This document shows positions 25,523 through 40,958 of a DNA stretch of 64,000 nucleotides, one piece after another. The notes under the pieces were generated by a model. It was not told the DNA's origin. It ran no database searches and saw nothing but the letters and a program-made list of their open reading frames with translations. Numbering within the stretch: the first letter of the stretch is position 1; each line of letters opens with the position of its first letter. Source of the DNA: Octopus vulgaris (Eukaryota); contig OX597814.1 of NCBI GenBank assembly GCA_951406725.2, positions 184,078,001-184,142,000 of the forward strand, in the 5' to 3' direction. The translations under genes were made by a program, and so were the position numbers.

Positions 25523-26075
25523 CGAGTTGGCAGAATCGTTAGCACTCTGGACGAAATGATGAGCGATATTTCGTCTGCCGTTACGTTCTGAGTTCAAATT
25601 CCGCCGAGGTCGACTTTGCCTTTCATCCTTTCAGGGTCGATAAATTAAGTACCACTTACGCACTGGGGTCAACATAATCGACTTAATCCGTTTGTCTGTC
25701 CTTGTTTGACCCCTCTGTGTTTAGCCCCTTGTGGGTAGTAAAGAAATATGTATTTCTGAGTTCAAATTCCACCGAGGTCGACTTTGCCTTTCATCCTTTC
25801 GGGGTCGATTAAATAAGTACCAGTTACGCACTGGGGTCGATATAATCGACTTAACCTGTTTGTCTGTCCTTGTTTGTCCACTTTGTAATTGTTTAGCCCC
25901 TTGTGGGTAGTAAAGAAATAAGTATTTCGTCAGTCGTTACGTTTTGAGTTCAAATTCTACTGAGGTCGACTTTGCCTTTTAACTTTTCGGGTTCGATAAA
26001 CTAAGTACCAATTGAGCACTGGGGTTGATGTAATCGACTCATCCCAATCTGCGCTTGTGGCAAAAATTTGAAATA
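25523..26075 (+). mobile_element. SINE family B, one head plus three tandem body units
   Basis: gagttcaaattcc..gaggtcgactttgcc..gggtcga repeated three times. Confidence 0.85.
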
Positions 26076-26867
26076 ATTATCAGTTTGCCAAAAAATAGCG
26101 CAAGTTAATTTATTTCTCATACAATGTCCCTGACATAATTTTAAATCTACTGCTCTAAGTTAAAAAAAAAAAGAAGCAAATTACGGTTTAAATTGCTTTG
26201 ACTGAATGAAAAAATGCAATGCAACAAAAATCTAGGTGATACAATTTTTTATTACAAAATTCAATAATGACTGCAATAAAATATATTTTTTGCATAGCTT
26301 CAGACCATAAAAGGCTTTAGTTAAGAGATGCGGTCGAACTATCGGTACGCTTCTTCAATGTGTGTAGATAGGTTTTACTTTATTTAAATAAATTAGCTTG
26401 TTCTGTCTTTCGGAAAATTGACAATAATAAGTAAAGAAATGTGATTCTCCTTTATGTATGAAGAGCTTATGGATAGTGATATATTTTACGTATAGAAAGT
26501 GCATTAGTGCACATTCATTTACATTTATTCTCCTAAAGATACTTAGAGTATCCACTTTGATTGTGTTTCTTCTATTCTGTGTTCGATTTTTTAAAAAGAA
26601 AGATAGCATTGATATTAAGTGTAGCGATAAAATTTCTATTCGACCACTGGTAATTGTCCATGTATGGCATAAATGCTTGAGATGTAACAATAAGGAATCG
26701 CATGCGGATTTTAAAAAAATATTTTGATATTGGTATATATAGATTATATTGTTACAATACATTTAGATGTTCAACCTAGGACATATTACAATTAGCTCTA
26801 TTTAAGATATCGAGCGCTCTCTATCGAAACATGAACATTCGAAATATTGGAATCTATGCATTATATA

Positions 26868-26900
<33 letters not shown>

Positions 26901-27158
26901 TGTATGTATGTATGTATGTATGTATGTATGTATGTATGTATGTATGTGTGTGTGTGTATGTATGTATGTATGTTTGTATGTATGTATCTATCTATATTTA
27001 TATCTGTCTGTCTGTGTGTCTGTCTATTGCCTCTCTCTTTATATATGCATACACATAAATATATATACATAGACGCGCGCACACACATATCTATACAAAT
27101 ATACATATAAATATACATACATACATACATAAATACACACACACACACATACACACAT

Positions 27159-27200
<42 letters not shown>

Positions 27201-27604
27201 GAGGAATGCACAACAGAACAATAAATTTTACAATTATAAATTCAATACAATTTAAATATTTTATACAAACAAATGACACATCTCATAAATTTATTTGACG
27301 AAAACTATCAAATGAAAATATTTATAATTGGTAAGGCTTTACGAAAACGCTTTATAAGAGAGAGCTTAATGATAAAAAAACTAAATAACCTACCTGAAAT
27401 TAGGTAAATTCATAAAATTAAATCTATATATATTCCGTTCTATAACCGATTTTTCGCCCAATACACACGTTCATATATACATACTTATATATTTATATAT
27501 ATGCACACATACAACTATCATTTGTATATACATACATACACGCATACTTACGTATACACAGATGTATACACACATGCACAAGTTTAGTTATTCATCTCTC
27601 TCTC

Positions 27605-27645
<41 letters not shown>

Positions 27646-28033
27646 ACATATATATATATACGCTTTGTGTGAATGGGTTTATGGGATTGTTGCTGCAGGC
27701 ACGTTTGCAAGTAAATAAATGAGTGTATATTTTTGTCTGTAGGTTATTTGTTATTTTTGGTTGCACATCTCTTTTTATTTTAATTTCTATATCTGTATAT
27801 TTCTCTGGTTGTTTGTATGATTATTTAATTGTGTAGCAATCTTTATTTCAAAATGAACGTCTAAGGAAAAATAAGTGGAAAATTGTTTCATAGACATCTA
27901 TTTACATATTTATGTCTTGGGTAAAATAACAAATAGATTAAATAACAAACCAAACAACCTTTAAAATTACTATTCCGATAAGTCATTTGGACACCAAATA
28001 ATGCAATATTGTTACATATAGACAAATACACAG

Positions 28034-28078
<45 letters not shown>

Positions 28079-28102
28079 CATGTATGTGTGTGAGTTTGTG
28101 TG

Positions 28103-28154
<52 letters not shown>

Positions 28155-28299
28155 GATTGAAGACTGAATGTATATCGGCAAAAATTCAATTATATTGGAA
28201 TGCCTATCGCATTAGTTTCAGAAAAATTGACTCCGCAAACCATCTTCATAGACTTGTCAGATCTCTGCACTGCAATTTTCTCAAGTCCTGTGGTTTTTA

Positions 28300-28436
<137 letters not shown>

Positions 28437-28600
28437 GTCTATGTATGTATGTATGTATGTATGTATCTATCTGTCTGTCTGTCTATCTATCTATTTGCTT
28501 AAATATATATATATACACTCACACACAACCTTATATGTATATACATACAAACATACATACACGCACATACGTGAACATGTATATACACATATACATCTAC

Positions 28601-28638
<38 letters not shown>

Positions 28639-28966
28639 GTGTAGATATGCAAATACAAATACGCAAATGTATATATGCGTATGCGTATCCGTGTAAATAC
28701 GTCTTTATGAAGACACATACATTGGAATTCAATTATATGAATGCATATCGTATTAGATTCAGAAAAATTGACTTTGAAAACTATCTTTATAGACTTGTCA
28801 GAACTTTGTACCGCAATTTTCTCCAGTTCTTTAGTTTTCCAATCAATAAATTGATATATCTATACTATACATTTATTTATTCATGTTACAATCAGCTATC
28901 TCCCTACCTATTTATTTATTTATCTCTTTATATAATTACCCAAAATCATATATATATATAAATATA

Positions 28967-29383
<417 letters not shown>

Positions 29384-30122
29384 ATGGTATCCATACTTTT
29401 TGAAAAACTATTCATCTAAATCTTGAAAGCTCTGCTTAAGTGTAATCTTGGTAGAGCATTGTGAAGCGACATTACATTACCCCTATCCAAGGGCGCGATC
29501 TTGGGCAAGGTTGGCTAGTTAACCAATCTAAAAATAAGCGCCAGTGCATCTTGGCATAAGTATCGCCAGATTTCTCAGAATATAAGAGAAGCTGATGTGG
29601 AATTTCCCTGGAAAACCGTTCCTAATGTCCAGAGTATTTCACCATTAGTAGTATATTTTGTTTTTATGGATGCCACAAGAATTAAGAGGAAATACACCAC
29701 CCAGTAAACTGCACGCATAACGTACAGAAACGGGAACAGATACCGCTAGGTTGTGTTCGAAGTTGTAATAGTTTTAACGTTAGACGCATTATGTGTAGGG
29801 TAGGCCAAAATTCACGCACCAAGAGGAACTGTTAAAACACATGTTTCAATTTTTCCAAACTTGAATAAAATAAATAGAATAATGATGAATAAACTCATCC
29901 TTGTACATGATGAACGAAACGAATAACAACAACAACAGCAACAATAATAATGATACTGATGGACTCCCCGTCAAAGACGACACATGGGCGTTCAGCTTTG
30001 GCCGAACGATCTGCACAAATGATTTGTCCATAGTGATAAAATGTTCGTGCCACACATTAGCTCACTCTCCCTATCAAATCGACGATGTCTGAATCTGAAT
30101 CTCTCTCTCTCTTTCTCTCTCG

Positions 30123-30191
<69 letters not shown>

Positions 30192-30196
<5 letters not shown>

Positions 30197-30370
30197 AGAG
30201 CTTAAGAAAAAAACAAAAGACAAAGACAGATGGTGTACAAAACAAATAGGTGTATTAGTATAACGCTCAGGAATAGAAAAAGTCTTTTACGTTTCGAGCC
30301 TACGCTCTTCTGCAGAAAGGGACACAGAAAAAAACAAGAGAGAAATAAGGAGAGAAAAAAAGGAGAGAAA
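30192..30370 (-). mobile_element. Short Penelope-LTR/retrozyme-like module with hammerhead-like motif, in (TA)n
   Basis: Minus strand cttt-ctgcaga-a-gagc-gtag-gctc-gaaac-gta-aaag at 30282-30323. Confidence 0.55.
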
Positions 30371-30401
<31 letters not shown>

Positions 30402-31329
30402 TATTCGGTAGGATACTTTAGTGTATACATTTCCAGATATTTTCTGTTCAATGTCGAGATCAAAATTCCATTGCTAAACACGTATTACGTTATAACCATA
30501 TCGTCCACACCAACTATTACCTCAAAATACACAGGGAATGCTCTCACAACAAACACAGACTCATCGAAAATAATATCAACTCGACCAGCACCGCAACCGT
30601 CAACACACCCACCGAGTCGTATATCATTTAAATTAAAATAAGTCCTGTATTGTTAAAATAATAGGAAAATACAATTACTGATATGCTGAATGAATTTAAT
30701 ACGCACATTTGGAGTGGTTACTCAACAACTTGTTACATAGATAAATATTTTCAGTCGCTAGAAACACAATACATTAATGAAATTATGAGTGCCTCGGTAT
30801 ATAGATGACTGGATAAGAAAAAGCACATATTACCAAAGAGAATAAGAGAAAAAGATATGACTGCAAGGAAGGGGAAGCCTAATTAAAGGTAATCTAATCA
30901 TAATATATAAATATATAAACAGGCAAGAAATATCATCCATACAGAGAAAGAAAAGGATATGATGAATTATACTGATATTACCAAAGACGAGATAATATAT
31001 ATTTGGAAAAGCTTAGGAAATAGGATCCTCCTGATGTTAAAATTTTAACATATTTTAGGGGCTATTATATTTCTGACTATATAATAGTAACTGTATGTTT
31101 TAGAAAAGACTTAGGCTCAGCTATTAAGTTGTACGGTTATAAACTGAATTAAATATAAGCATTTTTGCCATTTTCATATACCATAGAATAAGTTGTGAAC
31201 GCTTTAATATTAAAGGTCAGGCAAAGAAAATTTTAATGATACTATTAAAACCAATAATGTAACGGCTATATCAATGATAAAAGAAATAAACATGACGTTA
31301 AAATACTACTACTACGACTGATGATGATG

Positions 31330-31390
<61 letters not shown>

Positions 31391-31391
<1 letters not shown>

Positions 31392-31948
31392 GCCCTGATG
31401 CAGTACCAGGCAGTGGCTCTCATGGCTTCTGATCTTAACTGATTGGAAGTGTTATCATGTACATTATTTTGTCTTGGTATAAAAGATGTGCAACAGCAAA
31501 TATTCTACTCAGTACCACAGATTTGCTTGTCAGTTATTTGACCTTAACCAGTTTATCATGTCCTTTAGTGGCTGATGATATGTGCATCTCTGACCACGAG
31601 CAGAAGTAGTGGGGGAGCATCACAGCCATGTGTTGAGAGGAATTCTTGGAGGTTTGGATAATTCACCTTTGGAAACATGGGTGGTTCTATGAACATCTTT
31701 AAACAACGTTTATTCAAGAACCATTTGAGCTGGATGGTCTACTCGACCTGAAGAAAATTCTATCTGGGCCCCACCTGCAAAGTCATGCGCTGTTTATCTT
31801 GATATGAGATCACTATGTCGCGCACATATGGTTGTGATGCATGTGCCTAGTGTACCCTTATCAGGTACAGGTAGTCATGATGGGTATACTGGGCTTCGGA
31901 TGTTTTACCCCAGTGTCACTTTGATGGCATGAACTGCACTCTCACTCC
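31391..31948 (+). mobile_element. Non-coding element inserted in a (TAA)n tract, probably non-autonomous and Dong/R4-mobilised
   Basis: Sharp boundaries against (TAA)n on both sides; no ORF; same target as the Dong copy at 61127. Confidence 0.5.
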
Positions 31949-32720
31949 ATAATGATAATAATATTAATAATAATAATAATAATGATGATGATGATGATGA
32001 TAATAATAATGATAAAATATGTACCCTTAGCCTTCTCTGCATTATTTCTGTTAGTTCATACACACACGCACACCTATACTGGCATTCATACATATATACA
32101 TACATGCATGCATACGTACATACATACACATATACATATGAATACGTATTATATATGAAAATGATGTCCAGTATTTCTTTCAGACATATTTTTTAAAGAT
32201 ATAAAATAAAAAGATTGCTGCAGTACATTTTGCATTTCATTTCCCTATATATATTCTTTTGATTTTTTTTTTTATGTTGCCGAAGACGATTTGCAATTTC
32301 CTAACCCATTTTACTGACATTTCAAGGACAACTAACTTTATCATGAGGAAATGAAAGCATGACGTACTGAAACTGGATTTTTTTTTTCTTTTCGTATTAT
32401 ATTATATCATATTATTTCGAAAGATCTTTGTGTGTAATATATGCTGACTTTACAATGGCATTTACATACACGAGTTGCCTTTCAGTAATTCAGAACAGAA
32501 CATACAAGACACAGCTTTATCACTAAGTAATGGATATTATACACTCACAAATATATACACTCAAATTCATACACGTCTCTAAATACACACATATATATAT
32601 ATGAATATACATATATAAATATACATACGTATAATATTTATATACCCAACAAGAAAGACCCCCTTCCAGGTGGATTTCTGCTTGTTGCTGTGTGATATTT
32701 ACCCATTTGATATTTACAAA

Positions 32721-33139
32721 TTTACTCTCTTACTCTCTTTTACTTGTTTCAGTCATTTGACTGCGGTCATGCTGGAGCACCGCCTTTAGTCGAGCAAATC
32801 GACCCCAGGACTTATTCTTTGTAAGCCTAGTACTTATTCTATCTGTCTCATTTGCCGAACCGCTAAGTTACGGGGACGTAAACACACTACCATCGGTTGT
32901 CAAGCGATGTTGGGGGGACAAACACAGACACACAAACATATGCACACATGTACATATATATATATATATACATATATACGACGGGCTTCTTTCAGTTTCC
33001 ATCTACCAAATCCACTCACAAGGCTTTGGTCGGCCCGAGGCTATAGTAAGAGACACTTGCCCAAGGTGACACGCAGTGGGGCTGAACCCGGAACCATGTG
33101 GTTGGTAAACAAACTACTTACCACACAGCCACTCCTGCG
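32721..33139 (-). mobile_element. SINE family A, full length
   Basis: Colinear match from head to tail. Confidence 0.9.
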
Positions 33140-35160
33140 TCTATTTACACAAGTTTTTTCTTCTATATTATCTTTTTTGTTTTACACATAATTGCAATTA
33201 GATCATCAAAACGTTTTAGGAAACAACGCGTTGACATTCGCAAAATATTGGTATCTCACCATTCTCTCTCAGTATGTATGTAAGTTTGAAAATGATGACG
33301 AGTATTCCAGTGAGACATATTTGATAAAAGTTTAAACTATAAATCATTCTACACCATCAGAAAGATATTTATAGAAAATCTTATTTAAAATGTCATTCTC
33401 CTTAAAGTTATAAGGAAACAAACATGGGGAAAGAGAAATTAATATAAGTAAATGAAAACCACTTTCTTATACAGTTTTCTATTTCTGGAACAACACCCAA
33501 CAAATATGAAGGGATACTAGAATCAACATAATTAGGGTGTACATGGATTAAACCTGGTTAATTTGAGTTGCAAATATTTGGGTAACTTTTATATTTCAGA
33601 ACTATAGACTGACATTAAATACACTATTACTTATTGAATTGAGATGTTGCGGTGGATAAAAATTAGATTTGTCACTGAAGTGCGTACTTGAAAACCTCAG
33701 TAATAAATGAACTTGAGAACAGTTGGAATTTATATGAAGTTTTCTGGCAGGCTAGTCGTGAATAATTACTTTCTTTATAGGAAAAATGAACAAGTTTGTA
33801 TTAATACAAATCACTTGCAAAACATATTTTACTACGGCCCGGGCAGCGGGTTAACGTAAATAATGATATTTTGAGTGGAATGTAATAAGTGGGACCTAGT
33901 CTCTATCAGTTTACTGCATTCTTTCTATTTTCTTGGTTCTATCATGACATCTCGAACTTCCAGGGTGTTGGTGTTTAAACCTTTTGTTGTAGCTGATGCA
34001 TAACTGGCGACTAGTTCCTGCTCCCTCTCACTTCTCTTCTCCACTTCACCCATAAATGGGGAAGAAAATAAATACAAAATCACAAACCCTCAGGCAAAAA
34101 CAGCAACAGTAATTCAACAAATTCGACAATTCAAGTCATAGGTTTACCCGCACGGGGAGACCTGTAACACGTGTAACAATGCGACTTACGTCTAACCGGG
34201 ATCAAAAACATGATTAAAAAACAACAAAAATAGCTCGCTGGTTGACAGCGTCCGCTACTACAGATGTATAAAAATGTCACTCAATTATGTGGTAGGTATA
34301 TATGGATGCGTATGTGTGCGTTTGTATGGAGCGCAGAGGTATTTCTTAATCACCATTGTTCCCGTCGTTGTGGCCCGGGTTAAATAGATTACCGAAGGGC
34401 AGAGGAGGCTCCCGTTATTTTTGACAAAGCAGCTCTTTTAGGACAAAGACACTGACATAAAATTTGTAGTCAAAATAGTACCAGTCGTCTTGCAATTCTT
34501 GTCACTGGAACCTAGTATGTGACCGAAAAAGTGAGAAAAAATTGGTACCAGCTCTGGCCACTAAATCCAATGGCATAATGACATCTCACTATCATTTTTA
34601 TGTAAGACAGCTATTATTTGACAAAATGAGGCAGTCATAACACACGCGCACGCATACATCTATACATACACATACACACACTCAAATATATACACATCAC
34701 TGTGTGTTGTATATAAGCACAAACACATAAACACTCTTCTTTTCTTTTTACCTATTTCTAGACACAGATGCCCTCTTATACTCACACATATACGCTCACC
34801 TTTCCCTCTTTAGAAGCGTTCTCTTCATCCCTTTTTCATTGACTATTCTTTCTCCCTTCTTCACTTCTTCAATGCTCTTGCCTTTCTCCTGATGAAAGAA
34901 ATAACAATTAATAAGTTGGAATTATTTTTCTTTAAATACGGTTAAGCCTATACGATATTTGTTAAACCTTGTTCCTCCTGTGAGATATACTAAATTGCAA
35001 TGGTGTATAATTGCAATGGAGATATACTAAGTTGCAATGGTGTATAAATAAACTACTCAGTGAATCACTGTCTGTCTTTTGGAGCTATAGCAGCCAAATT
35101 TCCGTCAAGTCACAAACTACACCTTAAAAACCGAATAATATATAAAATAATATAATCTCA

Positions 35161-35422
35161 CTTGTGGAGGCGCGTGGCTTAGTGGTTAGGGTGTCAGCAT
35201 CATAATCGTAAGATTGTGGTTTCGATTCCTGGACCGGGCGACGCGTTGTGCTCTTGAGCAAAACACTCCATTTCACGTTGCTCCAGTCCACTCAGCTGGC
35301 AAAAATGAGCAACGCTGCGATGGACTGGCGTTCCGCCCAGCTGGGGAACACATATGCCATAGAAACCGGGAAACCGGACCCATGAGCCTGGCTAGGCTTT
35401 AAAAGGGTGCATTTATTGATTT
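35161..35422 (+). mobile_element. CORE-type tRNA SINE (family D) with 10-bp TSD
   Basis: Box A tggcttagtgg, box B gtttcgattcc, cttgagcaaaacac CORE motif; TSD tataatctca at 35151-35160 and 35423-35432. Confidence 0.8.
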
Positions 35423-37719
35423 TATAATCTCAAATGTACTTTTCTTTAAATCATCACGGGTCACTCACGTTTGTAAAAATATTTCTCATAGATATACTCA
35501 ATTATATATGATCCAGTGCTACTCAACAACAAGAATAGCAACAATGACATCAATAAAAACGTGGGTAAATTTAAAACGCTGCTGCCCTTCTAAAATAATA
35601 GCGTCATTGAGCAATAAGAAGTGATAAAGAAATGACCTTGTATTACAATAAATATATTAAACCCATAACACTAACAAAACTTGCGCGTGTATATCATAAA
35701 ATATTAATATATTCTATATATATAGTTATTTCGCTTCAGATTATCCCAGAAGATAATTTCCATCAAAGGACGAGAAACAGTTGAGATAATAACGGAAAAT
35801 TTGTTAGCTTTGACGTCATTTACAACTCAGAAGGTCATTTTAAAATCACCAGTCGGCGTACTTCCATGTGTTAAAATAGGATATTAATTTGCCATTATGT
35901 ATATGGGTTTAATATCAAAGCACTTCTTTTTTCGTAATAGTAGTTCACATTTATACATAAATAATTTTGTTCTTTCATATAACAGCTGAGAATATCGGTC
36001 CGCCATTCAAGTCTTGCATCTCTAATTGACTTCTGTTTTAGAAAAAGAATTTAAATGCTACAAAACGTTTTAAAAAGATATTAGCAACAACAGCAGCAGC
36101 ATTAACAAATAAAACTAGAATGATACTTCATATCAAAAGGCAAAACACAAAATTGTCGCACATATGTTCACAGTATATATATATATATATACTGTGAAAA
36201 TTATAAGGATAGAAAATTGAGAAAATATTTTGAACCGGTGGCTAGCATGCGCAATGAAAGTCAATAGACAACATATTTTCATATATAAGAGTGTATAATT
36301 ATTTATACACAGACAGGTGACACTTAACAGGGTGCCTAACAGGCTAGAAAGAGCAGCCAATCCCAAAGCACGAGAGAAAGTAATTCCAGAGAGAATGAAA
36401 GCAAAAATTCTTTATAGTTAACCTCAAACACCAGTTTCTGCATTAATGAACAAATAAATTAATTTGTCAACCGTACTTCCCACTGACGAAGTACGGATGA
36501 CAAATTCATTTATGTGTTCATATTTGTTCTCTGTATATATATATATATATAAATAGTTATAATTGCAACTTACACAAACAAAAATGTTTTCATACAGGAT
36601 TCACTTAACTATTGCTATGCGGATAGTGTATTTTCGAATGCCATGAGTTGTGAAATGTTTCTCTGTCTAACATATATAAATCATAAGCTTTTATTTTCTT
36701 ATGAAAATGTGATTTTACCATATCCAATTACGGGATAAAGTACATGGCGTAGTGGTTAGGATACTAGACTCACGATCATAATATCATTGTTTCGAGTCCC
36801 TGACGGGACGTTGCATGGTGACCTTGCAGGAAAGAGTTAATGCTATGCTACTCCAAACCACTTGTTTAAAATAAATATCAGAGACGGTACTCAGTTTCTT
36901 AAAAATCTGTTCATTGCTTATAAGAAAGATGCCATACTAAGACACCCTATGTATGTTTAAAAATATATATCTATCTATTTTTTTTATCTATTTATCTGTC
37001 TGTATGTTATGTGTCTGTATACCTAAAACTATCTGCTTACCAGAGGGAAATTTCAGTTGATATTTTACGGACGGTAATCAGGTAATTTTATGGACGTCAT
37101 CTAGTCCATCAACCCGTTAAATATTTTTTTATTTTTATGTTGAAACATCTCACAGTGTATTTATGTATTCATGCAGCCAGAGAGAAATACTTCTAGACGA
37201 CGTCTTCTCTATTTCTGTGTGAAAGCCTCTCTATCTCTCCTCACTCTCCATATATATACGGAATATGATATAGACATTTAGATAATTCTACTTCTGTCGT
37301 TTTCATATCCCAAAGAACCACTTACTCTCTAGTTTAATGGCGTCTATCGTTGGCAAAAGTCCATAATTTGAGGGCGATGAATGGAATCGACACTGCTTTC
37401 GAAGATGGAAGAAAACCTTGGGGGATTAAGTAAATGACGACAACAACAGATAGTCTGATTTTTAACACATTTTGCTGCACCTAAACATTCAACATTATTG
37501 CTTTATTAATGCGTTTATTAATGCTAGTATTAACTTCCATATAAAAGTTAAATAATGTCATCCAGTCTACATATCTCGTATGAATTGTAGATTATCATAA
37601 TACTATACTGTATGCTATCAATTTAGATCTAATTTGCTAGTGTTGTTTTTTAGCCGTAAGCCGGTAAAGATGCTCCTTCTCCGGCCTCTTTAAAACGTCG
37701 CTTGCTATCATAATAGACA

Positions 37720-37947
37720 TACTCTTATTCTTTTACTCTTTTATTTGTTTCAGTCATTTGACTGTGGCCATGCTGGAGCACCGCCTTTAGTCGAGAAAAT
37801 CGACCCCCACGACTTATTCTTTGTAAGCCCAGCACTTATTCTATCGATCACTTTTGCCGAACCGCTAAGTTACGGGGACCTAAACACACCAGCATCTGTT
37901 GTCAAGCGATGTTGGAGGAGGGGACAAACATAGATACACAAACACAA

Positions 37948-37978
<31 letters not shown>

Positions 37979-38147
37979 CAAATGCGACGAGCTTCTTTCA
38001 GTTTCCGTCTACCAAATCCACTCACAAGGCTTTGGTCGACCCGAGGCTATAGTAGAAGACACTTGCCCAAGGTGCCAAGCAGTGGAACTGAACCCAGAAC
38101 CATGTGGTTGGTAAGCAAGCTACTTACTACACAGCCACTCCTGCGCC
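37720..38147 (-). mobile_element. SINE family A, full length
   Basis: Colinear match. Confidence 0.9.
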
Positions 38148-38247
38148 TAAACTTGTGATTGATAACTCTTTTACATAGACAACTCAGATACATAATTATA
38201 TATAATTATGTATGAATCACAACACTTTGTATGGGTTTTTTTTCTGG

Positions 38248-38580
38248 AGTTCAGTCCCACTGCGTGGCACCTTGGGCAAGTTTCTTCTACTATAGCCTCG
38301 GGCCGACCAAACCCTTGAGAGCGGATTTGGTAGACGGAAACTGAAAGAAGCCCGTCGTATATATGTATATATATGTGTGTGTTTATGTATATGTTGTGTA
38401 TCTTGACAACAGATGCTGGTGTGTTTAGGTCCCTGTAACCTAGCGGTTCGGCAAAAGCCACCAATAGAATAAGTTCTAGGCTTGCATAGAATAAGTCCTG
38501 GAGTCTATTTGATTTGACTAAAGGCAGTGCTCCAGCATGGCCGCAGTCAAATGACTGAAACAAGTAAAAGAATAAAAGAA
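38248..38580 (+). mobile_element. SINE family A, 5'-truncated
   Basis: Starts at box B gttcagtcccac; tail present. Confidence 0.85.
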
Positions 38581-38949
38581 TGTGTCTAAGTATGTTAGTG
38601 TGTAGATATATCCATGTTCACTGCTATCTTTAATTGTTTGAAATCTTCCTGTCAGGAAGGAGGTGCTCTCTATCAAAGATAGAAAGTTCTATTGTTGGAA
38701 TATTGGTAAGAAAAGCAATTTCAAATTTTGAATTTAAGAAAAGACATTCATACTTTTACTGTTCCGCTTACAAATTGCATTTGTAATGTGCGAGTTTAGC
38801 GGTTGATTACTTTTTCTTAAGACAACAGGTTGTCCAGTGTCACTTAGGCGTTCTATGTATGTATGTATGTATGTATGTATGTATGTATGTATGTATGTAT
38901 GTATGTATGTATGTATATATGTATGTATGTATGTATGTATGTAAGAATG

Positions 38950-39368
38950 CCTTCACGCATTCCTGATAGGAAACTCAGACACTCCCGTGGACCTGATTGA
39001 CTCGGAGCGATCGTTGTCTATCATGCCTTGGATCTCCCCAACAATTTCATGAGTTGTATTCTTATTAGAATCATGAGGGTGAGTTTTCCGGGCTGCCGTA
39101 CCTTCATAATCACCATTAGACCTACCCAACTCTTTCCGAATCCTCTGCACTGTCCTCAGATTGACACCCAAACACTCTGAAATGTTCATATTGGAGCTTC
39201 AGAGGCGAATGCTCAGCAGTTTAGCATGCCATTTAGAAATTTCTGGCAGAGGGAATTGCATCATGGTGCTGGTTTCCTCACAGGCTGTGCCCAACTGACT
39301 ATAATGTATAATCAACAAAATCAAAATGGTAATTATAAAATGGCGACAATTTACCCATCGCACCCTGT
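38950..39368 (-). mobile_element. Left end of Tc1/mariner (maT/rosa-like) element with HTH start
   Basis: TA+CAGGGTGCGATGGGTAAATTGTCGCCAT TIR; ISECLGVNLRTVQRIRKEL helix-turn-helix; same TIR at 63073. Confidence 0.7.
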
Positions 39369-39379
39369 ATATATACATA

Positions 39380-39755
39380 TACTCTTTTACTCTTTTACTT
39401 GTTTCAGTCATTTGACTGCGGCCATGCAGGATCACCGCCTTTAGTCGAGCAAATCGACCCCGGGACTTATTCTTTGTAAGCCCAGTACTTATTCTATCGG
39501 TAGCTTTTGCCGGACCGCTAAGTGACGGGGACGTAAACACACCAGCATCGGTTGTCAAGTAATGCTAGGGGGACAAGCACATACACAAACACACACATAT
39601 ATATATATATACGACAGGCTTCTTTCAGTTTCCGTCTACCAAATCCACTCACAGGGCTATAGCAGAAGACACTTGCCCAAGATGCCACGCAGTGGGACTG
39701 AACCCGGAACCATGTGGTTGGTTAGCAAGCTACTTACCACACAGCCACTCCTGCA

Positions 39756-39757
<2 letters not shown>
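39380..39757 (-). mobile_element. SINE family A
   Basis: Colinear match with an internal deletion. Confidence 0.9.
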
Positions 39758-39790
<33 letters not shown>

Positions 39791-40716
39791 AATAGAAATG
39801 ATAAGACAACAAACGAATGAAAGAGATCTCGATATTATGTAAATAGAGGAATTTATCTGTAAATGTAATATGTGACAATTATTCGGAGGCCATGATAAAA
39901 CTTTCGGGGTGGAAATCCACGCCGCCATCTCTTCAGTTATCCGGCCATCGGAAAAAAAATCTTTGTATATTTTTCAGTATTTAATGCATTTTGCATTTAT
40001 TGTATGTGTGCGTGTGCATGTGTGTGACTGTGTATGCATATGGATGTATGGTAGGCATATAATATTTGTCATTACTTTCAAAGTAATATTGCATATAACT
40101 TGATAAGCTTTTTCGTAATATAATCTATTATTAATGATCGTATATTAAGTTTCATAGAGTAACGCATTTCTAGCAGAATTATTCATCAATGCATTAACGT
40201 TTTCTAATCGGTTCAAATATAATGTGTATCAATTAATAGTAAACTATTGTATTTCTTGTTTTTTTTACTCTGTGACGTAGCAAATTAAATTATAAAATTG
40301 TATATATGCATAGGTTAGGTTTAGTTTGTTAAAGAGAACAAATAAATAAATAATATATATGTAAATGAATAAATAAAAATGATTTGTTAGTAAGTAGGCC
40401 ATGTGGTGCCTACGGGTGAGAACCACCGTTTACTTTCGACATTTGTGAACAAGTGGAAAAGCTTTTAAGAAATGTCTCTCGTCTCATTGATTTTCATTTA
40501 TTTTGTTTTTCAAATTATGATTGTATTTATGGATCAATGATCTCAGATGTTACGGTCAAATGGAGTTTTAAGTGAACTGTGTGCTAAAGGTAGTTACATT
40601 TATTTATCTTTTTATTTATTTATTCTTGATCTGTGATCTTTTGGAACTGATTATTATTGACTGCGAAATGTGATTTATTGTTGATATAATATTCAAGTAC
40701 AAAAGCTGCTGCTTCT

Positions 40717-40958
<242 letters not shown>

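Noticed and set aside
25523-26075. CRISPR-like repeat array
   Set aside because: The units are long SINE bodies without unique spacers, in eukaryotic context.
33925-34260. Host ORF MGEVEKRSEREQELVASYASATTKG on the minus strand
   Set aside because: Short and terminated; more likely a decayed LINE 5'UTR/ORF1 start, and not supportable either way.
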